Below are positions 51,453 to 63,854 of a stretch of 64,000 nucleotides of DNA, one piece after another. Positions within the stretch are counted from its first letter, which is position 1. Every line of letters begins with the position of its first letter. The notes under the pieces were generated by a model. It did no database searches and was not told the origin of the DNA. It worked only from the letters and a program-made list of their open reading frames with translations. Source of the stretch: Enoplolaimus lenunculus (taxonomy: Eukaryota); contig JASANG010003752.1 in the NCBI GenBank assembly GCA_030248215.1, positions 496,001 through 560,000 of the forward strand. The letters run 5' to 3'. Position numbers and translations under genes: made by a program.

Positions 51453-51612
51453 AGCATGCGAAACGTCAAAATTCAGGTCGTTTAATCGGCCAATATAAAG
51501 ACCAGGGCCGTTGCAGCAGTTCCGATTTTAATTAGAAACAAGCTTTGCTGCAAAATCCGATATATATTGTTTATTTTATAGTAGAACATGAATTCTAAGT
51601 CCAACCAAATCC

Positions 51613-51791
51613 GGCCCATGTAAAGATCAGGAGCGAAACGTTTTTCTATGTGACTAGAAAAGAGTAAGCTTAAGTTTTTATTAGATTAATGTTTTTGCTT
51701 GGCTTAATACGCTCAGGCTTAGGTTTAGGGTTAGGCTTAGGCTTAGCAATATGCTTATAATACGGTTCCACCACTGTTCTTTACATTGGTC
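51613..51791 (-). mobile_element. Merlin-like MITE family A variant
   Basis: GGCCCATGTAAAGA...TCTTTACATTGGTC; TSD ccaaatcc/ccaaattc. Confidence 0.8.
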
Positions 51792-52034
51792 CCAAATTCT
51801 AAGGCAAAACAGTTTACTGTTTTTATTTTGGTTGCCGTTGTAGCATTGACAAAGCAAGACCAACAAGTATATCTCAGCTAATATCTCAAATACAGTATTG
51901 ATTAATTGTGTTTTTGTCGTTAGCGTAAACTGCTTTTTCGTTCTTATAAATAAATATTTTCAGAAAAAAATTTTCATTTTATTTATCTACACAAGACCAG
52001 GCGCGGCTTCCACCGTCTATATTTGCAATTGCAA

Positions 52035-52210
52035 CACGCCCGTAGCCAAAGAGGGACCAGGAGCGCTCAGCCTTCCGCCGCCCCCCCCCTGAAAAAATTT
52101 TGCACCCCGAGACAATTTTTAACTTTGCTTGTAAAGTCAACGAAAACCATTGTATGCCCCTCGCCAAGATTTTTCAGCCCGTCCCAGCAAGGTGAGCTGG
52201 CTACGAATCT
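52035..52210 (-). mobile_element. Family E MITE
   Basis: TSD aattgcaa/aactgcat. Confidence 0.8.
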
Positions 52211-52696
52211 AAACTGCATAAGTTAAATCCTTTATTGTTGCGTTTTTCATTTTGACGAGATTAAAATCAGCTCTTGGTTTTCGGGTTTTATATTAAAATT
52301 GACTTTTCCCACTTGCAACAGCATAGGTTGTCGGGTATTTGCAAAGGTTAAATAAACAATATCCACGTCCACAACCATGAATTGTTTAAGCAGAGGGGTC
52401 TAGCAGATCTACATGGAATGGAGAAAAATTTGTTCTTGAATCCTTTCATCGGTTTTGACAAATATTTGGGGCAGCGGAAACCGTCTCAGGAGAGACGTTG
52501 GCTCCACGACACCGTAATTGCGTTCCTGACAGTATGAACTCGTGGGTCTATTTTTATACGAAGTTTAATGTTTCTTTCATACTCCTCTTGGTCTTATTAA
52601 TTTATCTTGCCGCCCGTATTTAGATTTTCAAAACAAATTCGAGGTATAGAACCAATTAAATATGAACTATTTAATTTTAGACTGGTGACAAATGTT

Positions 52697-52846
52697 GGCC
52701 AATCTATAGAATAGGATCACAACAGCAGCGGAAACATATTCCTAAACCTAAGCTTATGCCTAAGCAAAAAGTTTGTATAGAGCTTAAGCGTACTCTATTG
52801 CAGTCCCGCAGAAAACCGTTCCGCCTTTGATCATTACGTTGGCGCC
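52697..52846 (+). mobile_element. Merlin-like MITE family A variant
   Basis: Perfect 8-bp TSD caaatgtt; GGCC-type termini. Confidence 0.8.
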
Positions 52847-53107
52847 CAAATGTTGGACGGGTAAGACAGCAAGTATACGAGCATTTTTGATTTAAATTGG
52901 CACATGTTTTTAGCTTATTTTGTTTTCGTCTGACAGTCTGTGAGTAACCAGCAATTTAAATTGTGCCGTTGCAAAAATACATGACGGAAATGTAACCGTA
53001 AAACTTTAAAAAACTTTGTGTTCGCCGCCATTCACCAAATATAGTCTGGTTTTTGTCTTTTTTACATTAATTATCACTTTAATTTTTATGATTTGTACTC
53101 GTTTTTC

Positions 53108-53305
53108 GGCCCATTAAGGGGCGTCCCGGTTTCTGGTGGGTCCATAAACGAGTAGGATTAGTTTCTAAAATACACTTTTTCTGCTTAGGCTTAGCCTTAG
53201 GCTTAGGCGTAGGCCTAGAAATACGCTTTTCCAACTTTTAGGCATTGGCTTAGGCTTTGGGAATACGCCTAATTCACTGTTACGCCTCTTAAAGTAACAT
53301 TGGCT
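53108..53305 (-). mobile_element. Merlin-like MITE family B
   Basis: TIRs (left has a small deletion); perfect TSD cgtttttc. Confidence 0.85.
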
Positions 53306-55930
53306 CGTTTTTCTATGGAAATATAACAAACTGGCCAGTTTTTTATCCCCCCGCAAGCTTTAGCCTAAGCCTCAGGTGATCCTAAAAGCGATACTTATGA
53401 CAATGCCTGAAAATTTCGAAAACTGTAAAGAGGAAAGTATACACAAGAGCCGATTTATTCAATTAGTTAACTTTTCGTAACGTTATTATGTAAAAATAGA
53501 ACATAATCTCCTCTATCTTTCAATTTATATAAAAAATCACTCTTTTCTACAAATTGTCCTATAATAAAAATATTGCAAACGGCTATTAAATTCTTAAATT
53601 ACGGCTAGATCTCGGCTTCAAGGTCATTCTTTCAGCAGCTTAAACTCAAAATTACTAACAATATTGCTGTGGATTCCCAAAGTCATGCTGAGCATATTAT
53701 TATTTCAATTTCAAAATGGCTTTCTTGCGAATTTTGAAATATCTTTAGTTGCAAATTTGTTAAAGTCTCAAGTACAAGTTCACCATCAAGTCTAATCACC
53801 GATTTTCAACGAAAAAAATTAGCAATACAGATTTGACGTTGTGAGCAACAGCAACTGAATTTGGACGGACGTCTGTGAACGGAAGCGTAATACATGTATA
53901 TATGTATGTCAGGGCTGGAACAGCCACTCACATACCCCGATTTGGGGTGGCGCCACCAATAAAGAGGCCCCAACTCTAACCGTTTCGAACAAAAAACGCC
54001 TAATTTTAAAAGCACGTCTGGCTTCTCGCTTGTTTCGCTCGCGAGTTTCGCGGCTTCTACCCTGGAGTATGGAGGGAGCCCCACCCCTGTCTGCTCTGGT
54101 ACTGTATACGTATATATAAGTAAAGCATAGTAAAAAATATATCATTACCAGTCGGAATTTCTTCCAGATTAGTGTCAGAAAAAATTTCTCACTCGCTGCG
54201 ACCGCCTCAAAAACATTTAAACGAGGCTACAGCCGTCCGAAATGAAATCTTAGCTTTATCTCGGTGACGTGAATACTGCAAAGCTCAAAGTATATACTCT
54301 TTAGGAATTTTGCTATTTTATGACCAAAAAATACAAAAAAGTAAACTGCGTATATTAACTCATTCGACATATTTGGTATGTTGCAGAATCCACAATTGCG
54401 TACACCAGGAAGTCTTCTTCAGCGGGGTTGTACTGCGCTAAAAATTAACGGCACGTTATTAAACATTTGTTCTGACCACACCACCGACGGTTCCTGGTGC
54501 ATGCGAGAGATTGTGAATTCTGCGTAACCAATACGTCCCACAGCTTACACTGGCTTGCTTTGCTGTTAGAATTGTCGCGCGGTTTAATAATTCTGAATTA
54601 TTTGTTTGGCGAATAAGTAAAAATCATGATTTAGGTATAAGTTTAGATTTACCCATTGTTCAGGACTTTGGCCCCGGAACGTAAGAATCCCTGGCTGATC
54701 TAGGGAGGTCAACCGAGACTTAAGGACGCCAATCAGAAATCAAAACTAAAAAAATTTAATATCGTTTAGCACTAAATTGGCATTCGGTTTCTAAATCGCT
54801 TGTTTTTTGTGACTTTTTCCACCATTATATCTGACTTCGTTTCAGAAATTTCTGGATCCGTCACCGGGAGGCGTAGCTGCATTGGCTGTACTGGACCCAT
54901 AGCAAGGCTGACATGTTTCGCTGCGCCAGTTCGCAAGTGGACATATATATTTTTCCAAAAACTGCTAATTTAGTATACCCAAATCTTAGTCAGACTGGCC
55001 AACTTAGGAGGCGCATTCCAACCTACTTTCTTTGACCACGGAAAGATATACCCGGGTATAGGGCTAGCGCTTTCTCCTGATCCCGTCTGGATCAGCCTCT
55101 TAACAGGCTCCATAAAATGGCTAAAACTTATCGGTCAAAATTGGCACATTTTTGTTTGAATATTATATTTCATAGCGTTTCTAAAAATTCATCAAAAAGC
55201 AAGTATAAATCATTTCTGGAAGTCTGATTCTACTCGAATCCTCTTTGCTACGTGATGGTTTAACCCTTAACACATCAATGGTTCCTCATATCAGAGGCTA
55301 GCTTACTTCGACCCGTTTATGATGCGTCGTAATGGTGTTAAAGTTAGACATAAAGACTCATTTTAAACCCGTACAATAAATCAGTTTGACCATTAAAACC
55401 GGTAGAGATTGACGGTAGTATTTTTAAATTTAAAATTCTTCAGTAATCCAAGTCGTTTGTCTTTTAGTTTCGATACTACACTTCTAAGATGACGTTCGGG
55501 GTTAATTTATAAGGAGAAGGGCCGGAGGCGGCAGGTTGTCTCAGACAGATAATTTTTGCGAAAAAATGCTGTAAAGTCACTACTTTGCTAGTTTCGGCTT
55601 TTGTGCTACTTCAATTGCGGCTAGCATCTCGCTCGCTTTGGTCGCGATATTTTGTCAGGTGACATATTTCAACTCCCGTTGCTAAAAATGTAACCGAATC
55701 TGCCGCTGAGGACATTATATGTTTGCTAGCGGATGATTGCGTTTTGAGTATTATTTCATGGCGAAACTTCAGACCAAAAAGGCATTTTGAAACCGTTCTC
55801 AGCGAGTAATATTTATTTTAAAAATAACAATCTTCATTGCTTACTTTTTGGCTTTTATGAAAACGGAAGTTTAGGCTTTGAGGGTGAGTGCAACAGAAAT
55901 CATTTTTTCGCGTAACTTATTTTCAACGTA

Positions 55931-56030
55931 CACTGCAAAAAATGGTGAGTCATATTGACCGTCTCCGAAATAGGCTCTACGGGACTACACAAACTGAGTG
56001 AAAATCCACTCTGCCAGAGTCAATTTTGAC
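55931..56030. mobile_element. Family D half element
   Basis: One arm only. Confidence 0.75.
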
Positions 56031-56423
56031 CTTTAGCCAATCGTAAAAGAATTGCCGATTTTGCGGAAGAGTGTGTTCGGCTCACTTTTCAATACTGCAA
56101 AATCCCGTATGTTTCACCTGAAACTTTTTCAAGCTCTTAACATGTTGGGGTAGCTAGCGACTTGACTATAACAATGTATAAACTTAATGCCCAAGGAGCT
56201 AACGTTTCTTTGTCAATGTAGTGAAAAGATATTACTGGACAATATATTTGTTCGTAGAAAAATTCACGCATCATCGCACTCCCAAAGGGTTAGTTCTGTT
56301 TATCGTTAGTTTTATAGTGGTATTATAGTTGTTTTTCTTAATGAAGCGAACCCAATGTTTATCGAATGTCATTAGTTTATTATATTTCAATGGTTTATAA
56401 CACTGCCATTTGTTAATATATAT

Positions 56424-56719
56424 CAGGGTGCAAACGCATATCCGGCTCCGGCGCCGGAAAAATCTACATCCGGCTCTGGCTCCGGAAAAAATCTATATGG
56501 AAAAGCCAAGTAAATATTGCAACTGAACACAACGCTACGAATAGTATAATAGGGGTCGTTGCTAAACTGTAACTTCGTCACGTAAACACTTTGGGTACCT
56601 TAAGCCACGGAGGGAAAATTTGTAAGCTACGTTCTTGTATCCTGAATGCGATCTAGTATTAATTTGAACTCATTACCCGGCTCCGGCACCGTCAGTTTTA
56701 AATATCCGGTGGCACCCTG
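56424..56719 (+). mobile_element. hAT-like MITE family H (ATCCGG-rich subtermini)
   Basis: CAGGGTGC...GCACCCTG; TSD atatatat/atatatac; 3' half matches 29856-30119. Confidence 0.8.
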
Positions 56720-58542
56720 ATATATACCTATATATATAATATCATTAACGTGGATGCCGTAACAATGTATCTTTGACTTGTATAACGGATAAGATTAAAG
56801 ACCCGTGCTTCCACAACCGTGCCATTAAAATATAATAGAAAAAGTTAAATTTTAAAAATTCCCTTTATGCCGTTTGAGTGAGGAATAAGTCCACCATCGA
56901 ATTTTTCATTTTGATCACAAAGTTCTCAATATCTGCGTGGCTGGCTGCAATTGTTCCCGAACACATAATGAAATATAAGGAGGGCGAAAGGCGAGGGTAA
57001 TATTATTGGGTAAACTCGTGGGTTAAAAATAAAATTTTTGTGAGTAAAGCGCGGGTCGATTAGTGAAAATTTTGTATTTTACATCTCTTGCGGGCTCTAA
57101 TTTTTTCTACGTTCAAATTTAAACGACCCGAAAACATTCGAAAGTACAAACAATTAAATTTATATATGAATGCCGTGAAATATTCTGCTCAACGTTTTCA
57201 ACGTTTTTTCGGTATTTGTAATCAGTTTCCAACTGAGTTTACGACTTCTGCGTGGCCATTGCAACAGTCAAATGCAAAATTCGGCTGTCTAAAAAGCAAT
57301 TATCAATTGCTGCAGTTATAAATCGCATAAAATGTTTTTGAAAATTTGTAACTTGTAATTTTAGCAATTGTGAGAATTCAAAACCGAATTTTTACTCACT
57401 GCCGCTGGGGGACTGAGAGTCAAATGGTATTTTTGTAATTTTTGCCCATTTCCGTTTAGGAAAATTTACAGTTGGAAACACAAGCACGATTTGTTTAAAT
57501 ATTTTATTAAATGTAAACCACTTGTACAGCAGATATCGTGTTGTGAAGGTTTGTCACACACATATCTATATATCAGGTCAATGAGGGTGCAACCGGAATT
57601 CCGGTTCCTTTAGCGAAATTCGATATTTTTCGCTATCCGGTTCCTGTATAAATTCGGTATTTTGCTCTGGAACTTTCCGGTATTTTCGGTGCTGAAAATT
57701 TTTCGCATTCAAAAGTTTATGAAAAACTGGCATATTTTCTACGTTATTTTTCTAAAATGGTCTGAACGTGTATTGTCAACATTTTCAGTTACTGCATTTG
57801 TTTCAGGATTTTGGTATCCTAAATGATGTGTTTACTACATTAAAAGCGATAAAATAGCGTTAAAAACGAGTTTTTCGGTAACAAGTGTTTTTGTTATTTG
57901 GTTCCAGTTTCGTTATGTTTTTTCCGGTTCCGGTATTTTATAGTTTTTCAATGATAAGGTACATACCAGCGCTATCCTATGTAAAACAACAGATATATTT
58001 TCCCGTAAATTTTTATCCCCTTCCCCGAAAGGATCCGCTAGCGTCCACATTTAGTCTTTCACTTCATTGTCCTTGGAACAGCGGGACTTTGGACACAGTA
58101 GCATGGGTCTCCAGCAATATATTGTTGGACAAAAAATCCCGTAATTGCTTTATGCAGAAATAGTGGTTACTTACACTCTAGCGGATGCGGAGGGGGCGGG
58201 GGTGTGTACGCCCCTCGACAGGAACTTTCTTGCGATAAATAGTAAAGTTTTTACCTTACAGTTTTCACTCTCAGAAATTTGGCACATCATAGCATACAGT
58301 AAAAATTGGCATTTCATAACTTTTACCAGCCCGCCCCCCATCAGCAGCAGTTTCTCAATCCACCGCTGGTTACTTACTTTTTTGTCTCAAGCGAAACAAA
58401 ACAGAAGATCCACCCGATGACATTAGAAAACGAATCCACTGCATGCAAAACCTTCGTTAACCCATTTTTTCAAAGCGAAATACTTCCACCAGCGGCTATT
58501 TTGGTAGTAAAATCTCCGAACAAGGGATGCTGTTACAGGTGG

Positions 58543-58650
58543 GGGCCCATGTATAGAACAGGACCGGAACAGTAGTATAAGCATATTCTTAAGCCTAAGT
58601 ACAAGCCTAAGCGTAAGGATGAGCCAACCGTATGGATGAGCCTATTTCTA
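58543..58650 (+). mobile_element. Family A MITE, 5' half
   Basis: GGCCCATGTATAGAACAGGACCGGAACAGTAGTATAAGC; right end missing. Confidence 0.75.
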
Positions 58651-59454
58651 ATACATATACATGTGTGTAAACAAGATAAAACTGCAGTTGGATTCATAAT
58701 AAAATATATTAAGTATTTTATATATACATCACTTGTAATCGGCGAACGAACCCGTTGTTTCTGAGCAAAATTCGTTTTTACCATTTCTGGCATATTGGCT
58801 TTTAGCCCTGTTTTAGCTACAGTGGAATAGTGTGACGAACTACTGGTTCACATTTGCAGTATAACAGTCATGATATGACTATTTGTTTATTTTTACTAAC
58901 TGATAAATGCTTAATAGCCTGATAAAATGTAGGCAAAATGGTCCACTACTGGTCAACAGTTTATTCAGAGCGAACAAATGAAAAGAACAAAACATTTCTA
59001 TAAAGGCTGTGGAACAATTTTGTAATCATAGCATTATACTTTAGTACTGTCGAAGAATTTATTGCGGCCAGACCTTTGGTCATGGTGAGGTAGGTGAAAA
59101 ACAGTTTTGTACCCCCAGATCGGGAACCCATTTTATGACCAGCTTATTGTTAAAGAGAGTGCCACAAAAATTTGGCCGGGCGACTCACAGAATAGGTTCA
59201 AATAATAGCTAACCATATACAATGGTATATTTTTAGTGCTAAATGTGGTTTGCTAAAAATTTCATTTGTTTCATCAATATACGTAGATTGCAACGATCAA
59301 GAGCCATCGTGTAGAAGAGAATTAGATTAAATATGAATCGCATGTAAACAGAAATAGTTTATGAATGTCACGACTGTCTGGCTTGTGATCAATTCATATA
59401 TTGGTGTTCATTAAACCAGGTATATGCTAAGCTTTTGTTTTGCTATGCAGTCAG

Positions 59455-59625
59455 CAATGGCGGATCCATGGGGGGCCACCCCGGCCGTGGCCCCCCAACA
59501 GCATCTTGACAAAAATTATATAGCAATTTTGTGACAATAGTTCGTGGTTTGTGTATGGGTCAAAAGTAATTTTATTACCTGTGAAATTCCCCCCCCCCCA
59601 TTTTGAGATCCTGGATCCGCCACTG
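59455..59625. mobile_element. hAT-like MITE with CA[A/G]TGGCGGATCCA TIR
   Basis: Perfect TSD gcagtcag; related ends at ~4880-4902 and 54845-54867. Confidence 0.8.
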
Positions 59626-59742
59626 GCAGTCAGCTGAGCTAAAATATTTTTAACATGTACCAAATACGTTTTTTTCATTATATTTCGTGTATAATTGTAC
59701 TCTGGAGCAAAAAAATGCTTACTAAAACGAAAGTAGTTTTGT

Positions 59743-60087
59743 CAGTGCTGAGGCATGATAGGATGGGACCCTCCCAGGGCCCGTAGCTAAGGGGGGCCAG
59801 GGGGGGTGGTGGCTGAGCACCGCCTGGAAAATATTTTGAACCCCTACAAAATTTTCAACATTGCTTCTAACGCAATGAAAATCCTTGAATGCCGCTTCTG
59901 AAAATTTTTTAGCCCCCTAGTAAGATGAGCTGGCTACAGACTTGGCACTCCCAAATTCCGGGGCGACGTCTTCTTCCGATGATCAAAATATTTTGCAAAA
60001 TTTGTTTATAACCTTGTTAGGGTGAGGGCGCCTGTTTACGGTAGGGGCCCTAAATGGTGAGTATAGGAGGTGACTGCTCGATCGCTG
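59743..60087 (+). mobile_element. Family I MITE containing a family E insertion
   Basis: CAG...CTG ends; TSD agttttgt/agttttct. Confidence 0.7.
59776..59944 (-). mobile_element. Family E MITE nested in a family I element
   Basis: TIRs; TSD accctccc/gcactccc. Confidence 0.75.
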
Positions 60088-61081
60088 AGTTTTCTTTGGA
60101 CTGCTTCGGCTCGTCTGAACCATTTCAAATTATACTCAAAGTTTCTGAAGTTAACGCCACTAAATATGCAGGTGTATAGGTTAGTAGTAATGTTATGGTC
60201 TTTATTGATTAACTTTGGTATTAAAGCCTAATATAATTGTTGACTAACAATATTAAAATGTTAAATTCGAATTAAGCCTGAAATTATCTGCTGAAGATAT
60301 TGAAGCGGCAAACGGATAGCAAAAACATGACGAACTACAAACCAACAAATGTATGCCTAAACTAACCCATCAAAGACCAATAGTTTCAACTCTCAAACAT
60401 AAACCATTATTAGCAAAAAAAATGAAAACCGCTTGATAAACAAGAAATGTTCTGAAACTAGCGTATCCCACCAGTCACACGCAGATCATAGCCTCAAACG
60501 CGATACGACAACCTTAGAGATTGTTGAAACAAAACTAAAATTCTGCATTCAGATTTTGTAATTTCGTTTGGTTTTTCGGTCGTTTCGCTCGCGAGAAGTT
60601 TTAACCATTAATTGCACACCTTCCGTCAGAAAATTACTCGATCTGCCACTGCAGTTTACTAGTTTGATATATTGATTAGCGAAGTTTCCAAAAAAACAAG
60701 TTTGTTTGCTTTGTGTGTTCTGTTGGAAAATCAAAAAATAAATGTTTTTTCTCTAATTCTCGTAAACGTATAGAGCATTTAGACAAATGACTAATTGGAA
60801 TGATTCTTTTATATAAAGTCTCGTTGTGTTCGCAATGCCAAAAACCTATGTTGTCGGATTCAGATAGATTTAAGGGGGATTTTTTTCAAGTCGCGTTTTA
60901 TAATAATGTCTATGATCGCGATTTAGGTAGACACAGAACGAACGGACTTTTATAATGGAAACCTTTCGTCTTGAGCATGATGTGACTTTGAATTTGATGT
61001 CGAAAAACAACGCTCAACCTTGGCTATTAATGGACAAAAATGGTTTAGTTAAACTGCTACTGTTTGTAATATTGAAGTTTG

Positions 61082-61243
61082 GGCCCATGTTACGTTAAGG
61101 GGCGTCTAGGTTTCGGGTGGGTCTATAAAATAGGCGGTTTACAATTCTAGATTGCATTTTTAGCTTAGGCTTAGGCTTAGACTTAGGCTTAGGCTTAAGA
61201 ATACGCTTAATCTACTGTTACGCCCCTTAAAGTAACATTGGCT
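61082..61243 (-). mobile_element. Merlin-like MITE family B
   Basis: Both TIRs and TTAGGC repeats; TSD degenerate. Confidence 0.8.
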
Positions 61244-62864
61244 GGTGTTTCCTTGAAATATAAGCAACGTTGTTAGGATGGCGTTTATACTTGTTTTACG
61301 CCTTCCGTCGTACATAAGCAATTTGCGCACGATATCGCACCTGTGACGCATGGTGATGGACGGCGCGGTTTGTTGACGGCCGGCGAATAACGTCATCAAA
61401 CGCCATAGCGCCATTGTTATAGGATAGAATCGACTAAAGCTACACTGAAAAATGCATAAGTTTGCCAAATGGGAATCGGAAAGCATGGATGCAAAATGTT
61501 GACCTGAAAAGTCTGAGATTAATATCGCTGCATAACAACTGGGTTGAAGTTGCGAATCCAGAAGTTAGTAACGGGACCACATAGAAATAGTAAAATAAAC
61601 TCACGAACGAAGCAACTGAGTACTTAAACACAATTCCAGCACTAAATTTTAATACAAACTTTTAGTTTTGATCTCTACTGGCAGGACCATGGCCTGTGCG
61701 GCTTTCTCCATTAGATTCGTCAGCGCTGGACATAATGACGCGTAGGTAATAGTACGCTGATTCTACTGGTTTGAATCAGCGATAACCCTGACCCTTGGAC
61801 CCAAAGATATTGGCTACTTTTTGGCGAATATAAGTGCAAGTTTACCTGATCGTCACACGTACTCCGCCGCTATATATCGCAGATTGAAAGCTAATCTAGC
61901 AGTTTCTCACTAAAGACTTTATCGTTTGTTTCTCTCAGTTTTGGTAATTACCTGGTTGTGAATGGTAACTCGACTACTAATGACCACACTAAAGCTATTT
62001 ATCATATTTGGTTCATTGATCTATTGTAGACCACAAGGATTTTGCCAGCTTTTTCTGAATTGGCAAAGATGTTTGTGTATAGTACTTAAGACTCTGTTTC
62101 ATGTAATTTATGACATTCGTGTGCTTAGATTTTTATATATAAACACGTGTGTTTAAAGGAGATAATAGTTTTAATATGGCTATTGGTTAGTTAATATTTT
62201 TTCATATCCGGATATCAGGTGCCTATACATGATCGCAGTCTGGTATTTGGATACATGATCGCAGTCTGGTATTTGGCCTTCCTTATCCAGAATTGTGGCA
62301 GGCGCGTAACCTAGATTTTCAATTTGAAGGGGTCTAGAGGTAGCCAAGTGGCACAGTAAAGGTGAAGATTTGAATTTGCGAGCAAAGCGAGTCCAAAGGT
62401 CGGCACACAAACTTAAATATGATGAAATCATCGAGAGCGAAGCGAACCAGAATCTAGACTTTAATTTTTACATGAAATCTATTTGTAATAGTCGAAAATC
62501 ATTTCTTGGCCCACGAATCAGGGGTCTAGATCTTCCTGGCTTCTTTGATTGCGTGCTTGAATTGTACACCAGGATTCTGCTGACCCATTTATCTTATGTA
62601 GCATTTAGTTAGTAACAGAAGTATGTTTGTACGATCTATTGGCTCTTGCTCTTGCTACGACTCTGTGGCCATCCTGTATTGACCCGAATAAGAGGGGGGA
62701 CTGATATTTATTTGGCCCCTCCAGAGGGTATCCCCCTTGTTATTCGGTTATGGACTGTTATTTATTTTTAACCCACGCTCCGCCACCCTTTGTTACTGAT
62801 ATATATCCGGTACTGCAACTATCCGTTGAATTAAATGTTTGTTTGTGTTGTGTCTAGCTTGAGC

Positions 62865-63558
62865 GGCCGATGTTACTATAAAGGCCGTCCCAATTTCCCG
62901 GGACACAAATATACCCGGAGTGCACACTTATGCGCTCCTGTTTACATATGCACAAGCAGATATATTTAGGTAGGATATATATACATATCAACTGTCCCAT
63001 TTGTCCCGACTGTCCCATCTGTCCCAACTGTCCCAACTGTACCATCTGTCCCAACTGTCCCATCTGTCCCAACTGGCCCATCTGTCCCAACTGTCCCATC
63101 TGTCCAACTATCTCAACTGTCCCATCTGTTCCATCTGTCCCAACTGTCCCGTTTGTCCCATCTGTCCCAACTATCCCATCTGTCCCATCTGTCCCGTTTG
63201 TCCCAACTGTCCAATCTGTCCCAAGTGTCCCATCTGTCCCAACTCTCCCATCTGTCCCAACTGTCCCAAGTGTCCCAACTGTCCCAACTATCGCATCTGT
63301 CCCATCTGTCCCAACTGTTCCATCTGTCCCAACTGTCCCATCTGTCCCGCTGTCCCAGCTGTCCCAACTGTCCCATATGTCCTAGCCGTCCCAACTGTCC
63401 CATCTGTCCCACTGTCTCATCTGTCCCAATTGTCCCGCTGTCCCAATTATATTTTTTGAATGTACTCCTGGTACATTGCTGTCCCGGGAAAATGGTACGG
63501 TACTCCTGGTACATTTCTGTCCCGGGAAAATGGGACGGCCTTTAAAGTAACATTGGCC
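62865..63558. mobile_element. Merlin-like element with ~58-bp TIRs carrying a 9-bp minisatellite, nested in a family C MITE
   Basis: TIR GGCC[G/A]ATGTTACT[A/T]TAAAGGCCGTCCCA[A/T]TTTCCCGGGACA; perfect TSD gcttgagc. Confidence 0.9.
62990..63447. repeat. Minisatellite (CTGTCCCA[A/T])n, about 50 units
   Basis: 9-bp periodicity is directly visible. Confidence 0.95.
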
Positions 63559-63854
63559 GCTTGAGCGATAATGCAAGGTTATACTTTGGAATGTACTTTC
63601 AAAACTTAAGTACGCTTTAAAATTTCGAAGTCAAATTATTTGGACCTGGAGACATTTATGCGCTACAATTAGGGATAATTAACATTTATGGACTCTAACT
63701 AAGGTTTAAGGACTTTATCCGCTTACGGACTCTTATTAGGGATACGGACTCCTATTGATCGGGACTCAAAATGGGGACCCCCTTCTTATTATCCCCCTCC
63801 TCTTATTCGGGTCAATACAGTATGCATTAGCAAGCTAGTTTTTTAAATACGCCG

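Larger units (their letters stand above)
62674..63820. mobile_element. Family C MITE interrupted by the 62865-63558 insertion
   Basis: Both TIRs present; removing the insert and one TSD copy restores a ~445-bp family C element. Confidence 0.9.

Noticed and set aside
37533..59110. let-7-family seeds TGAGGTAG at ~37533 and ~59085
   Set aside because: No well-paired pre-miRNA hairpin, and the 3' sequence does not resemble let-7
61690..61730. Hammerhead ribozyme core (CTGACGA...GAAA on the minus strand); HDV-like GGGCAAC...GAAT at ~46675
   Set aside because: The required helices cannot be formed
62854..63576. Cys-rich (CPICPNCP) metallothionein-like and Pro/Trp-repeat ORFs
   Set aside because: All are translations of a 9-bp minisatellite lying between TIRs and a TSD, and open in several frames at once
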